A stretch of 64,000 nucleotides of DNA from an uncultured delta proteobacterium. Lineage in GTDB: Bacteria; Desulfobacterota; Binatia; UBA9968. How positions within the stretch are numbered: the first letter of the stretch is position 1; each line of letters opens with the position of its first letter. The position numbers and the translations under genes were made by a program. Below the pieces are notes generated by a model that did no database searches, was not told the DNA's origin, and saw only the letters and a program-made list of their open reading frames with translations. Below, piece by piece: positions 63,756 through 64,000 of the stretch. The stretch lies in the NCBI GenBank assembly GCA_963804165.1, contig CAWDPO010000009.1:64001-128000 (forward strand), written 5' to 3'.

Positions 63756-63800
63756 TTTGAACATCTTGAACGACTTGAACGGAGCGAAGCGATGGAACGA
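63756..63800 (+). repeat. TTGAAC-unit array with conserved core
   Basis: tttgaacatcttgaacgacttgaacggagcgaagcgatggaacg. Confidence 0.75.
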
Positions 63801-63807
63801 GTTTAAT

Positions 63808-64000
63808 TTAAGATTTAATGCCTGACGCGATTAGCGCCGGCATCGGCAACTCGACAAAATCGCCTTTCGTATAACCTTGCAATTCGGCGCGCATCGCGCC
63901 GCGGATTTTGTTCAACACGGTAGGTTTTTGCGCGCGCAGCAATCCAGCAGTGCGCACCGTGCTGTCCTTCATTGCGTCGAATAGCCCATCGCCCGCCGGC
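63808..64000 (-). CDS. C-terminal fragment, probably a SAM-dependent methyltransferase (window edge)
   Basis: ...STVRTAGLLRAQ...FVELPMPALIASGIKS*. Confidence 0.5.
   Translation of the reverse strand, partial: PAGDGLFDAMKDSTVRTAGLLRAQKPTVLNKIRGAMRAELQGYTKGDFVELPMPALIASGIKS

Noticed and set aside
1-64000. tRNA, rRNA, prophage or defence-system genes
   Set aside because: No cloverleaf, rRNA, phage structural, integrase or recognisable defence domains were seen by eye; tRNAscan/Infernal was not run

Overview
Bacterial chromosomal segment of moderately high GC. Gene style suggests a Binatia/deltaproteobacterial-type soil organism (inference). It is dominated by catabolic and transport genes: two three-subunit xanthine-dehydrogenase-family molybdoenzymes, ABC and Bug/TctC substrate-binding proteins (three tandem paralogues share a CxxCYxHH motif), a Rieske oxygenase, UbiD, SDRs, paired FAD oxidoreductases, a sulfatase and a RavA/ViaA-like AAA+/VWA pair. 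Housekeeping-type genes include thiI, a ygfZ-like gene and an orphan rpoZ. Many genes carry single-base frameshifts, most likely long-read assembly errors. Highlights: (1) a hidden selenocysteine peroxiredoxin (in-frame TGA at the peroxidatic Cys plus a SECIS-like hairpin) heads a co-oriented block of LysR, Egt1/EgtB-like sulfoxide synthase, DUF427, signal-less PhnD-like protein and a Cys paralogue of the peroxiredoxin; (2) a complete group II intron sits precisely inside a CGTC-type REP element, and its predicted EBS1 (GATGCC) pairs with the REP motif GGCATC; (3) several families of intergenic repeats, including TTGAAC-unit arrays; (4) small unannotated ORFs in the 5.8-10 kb accessory region.
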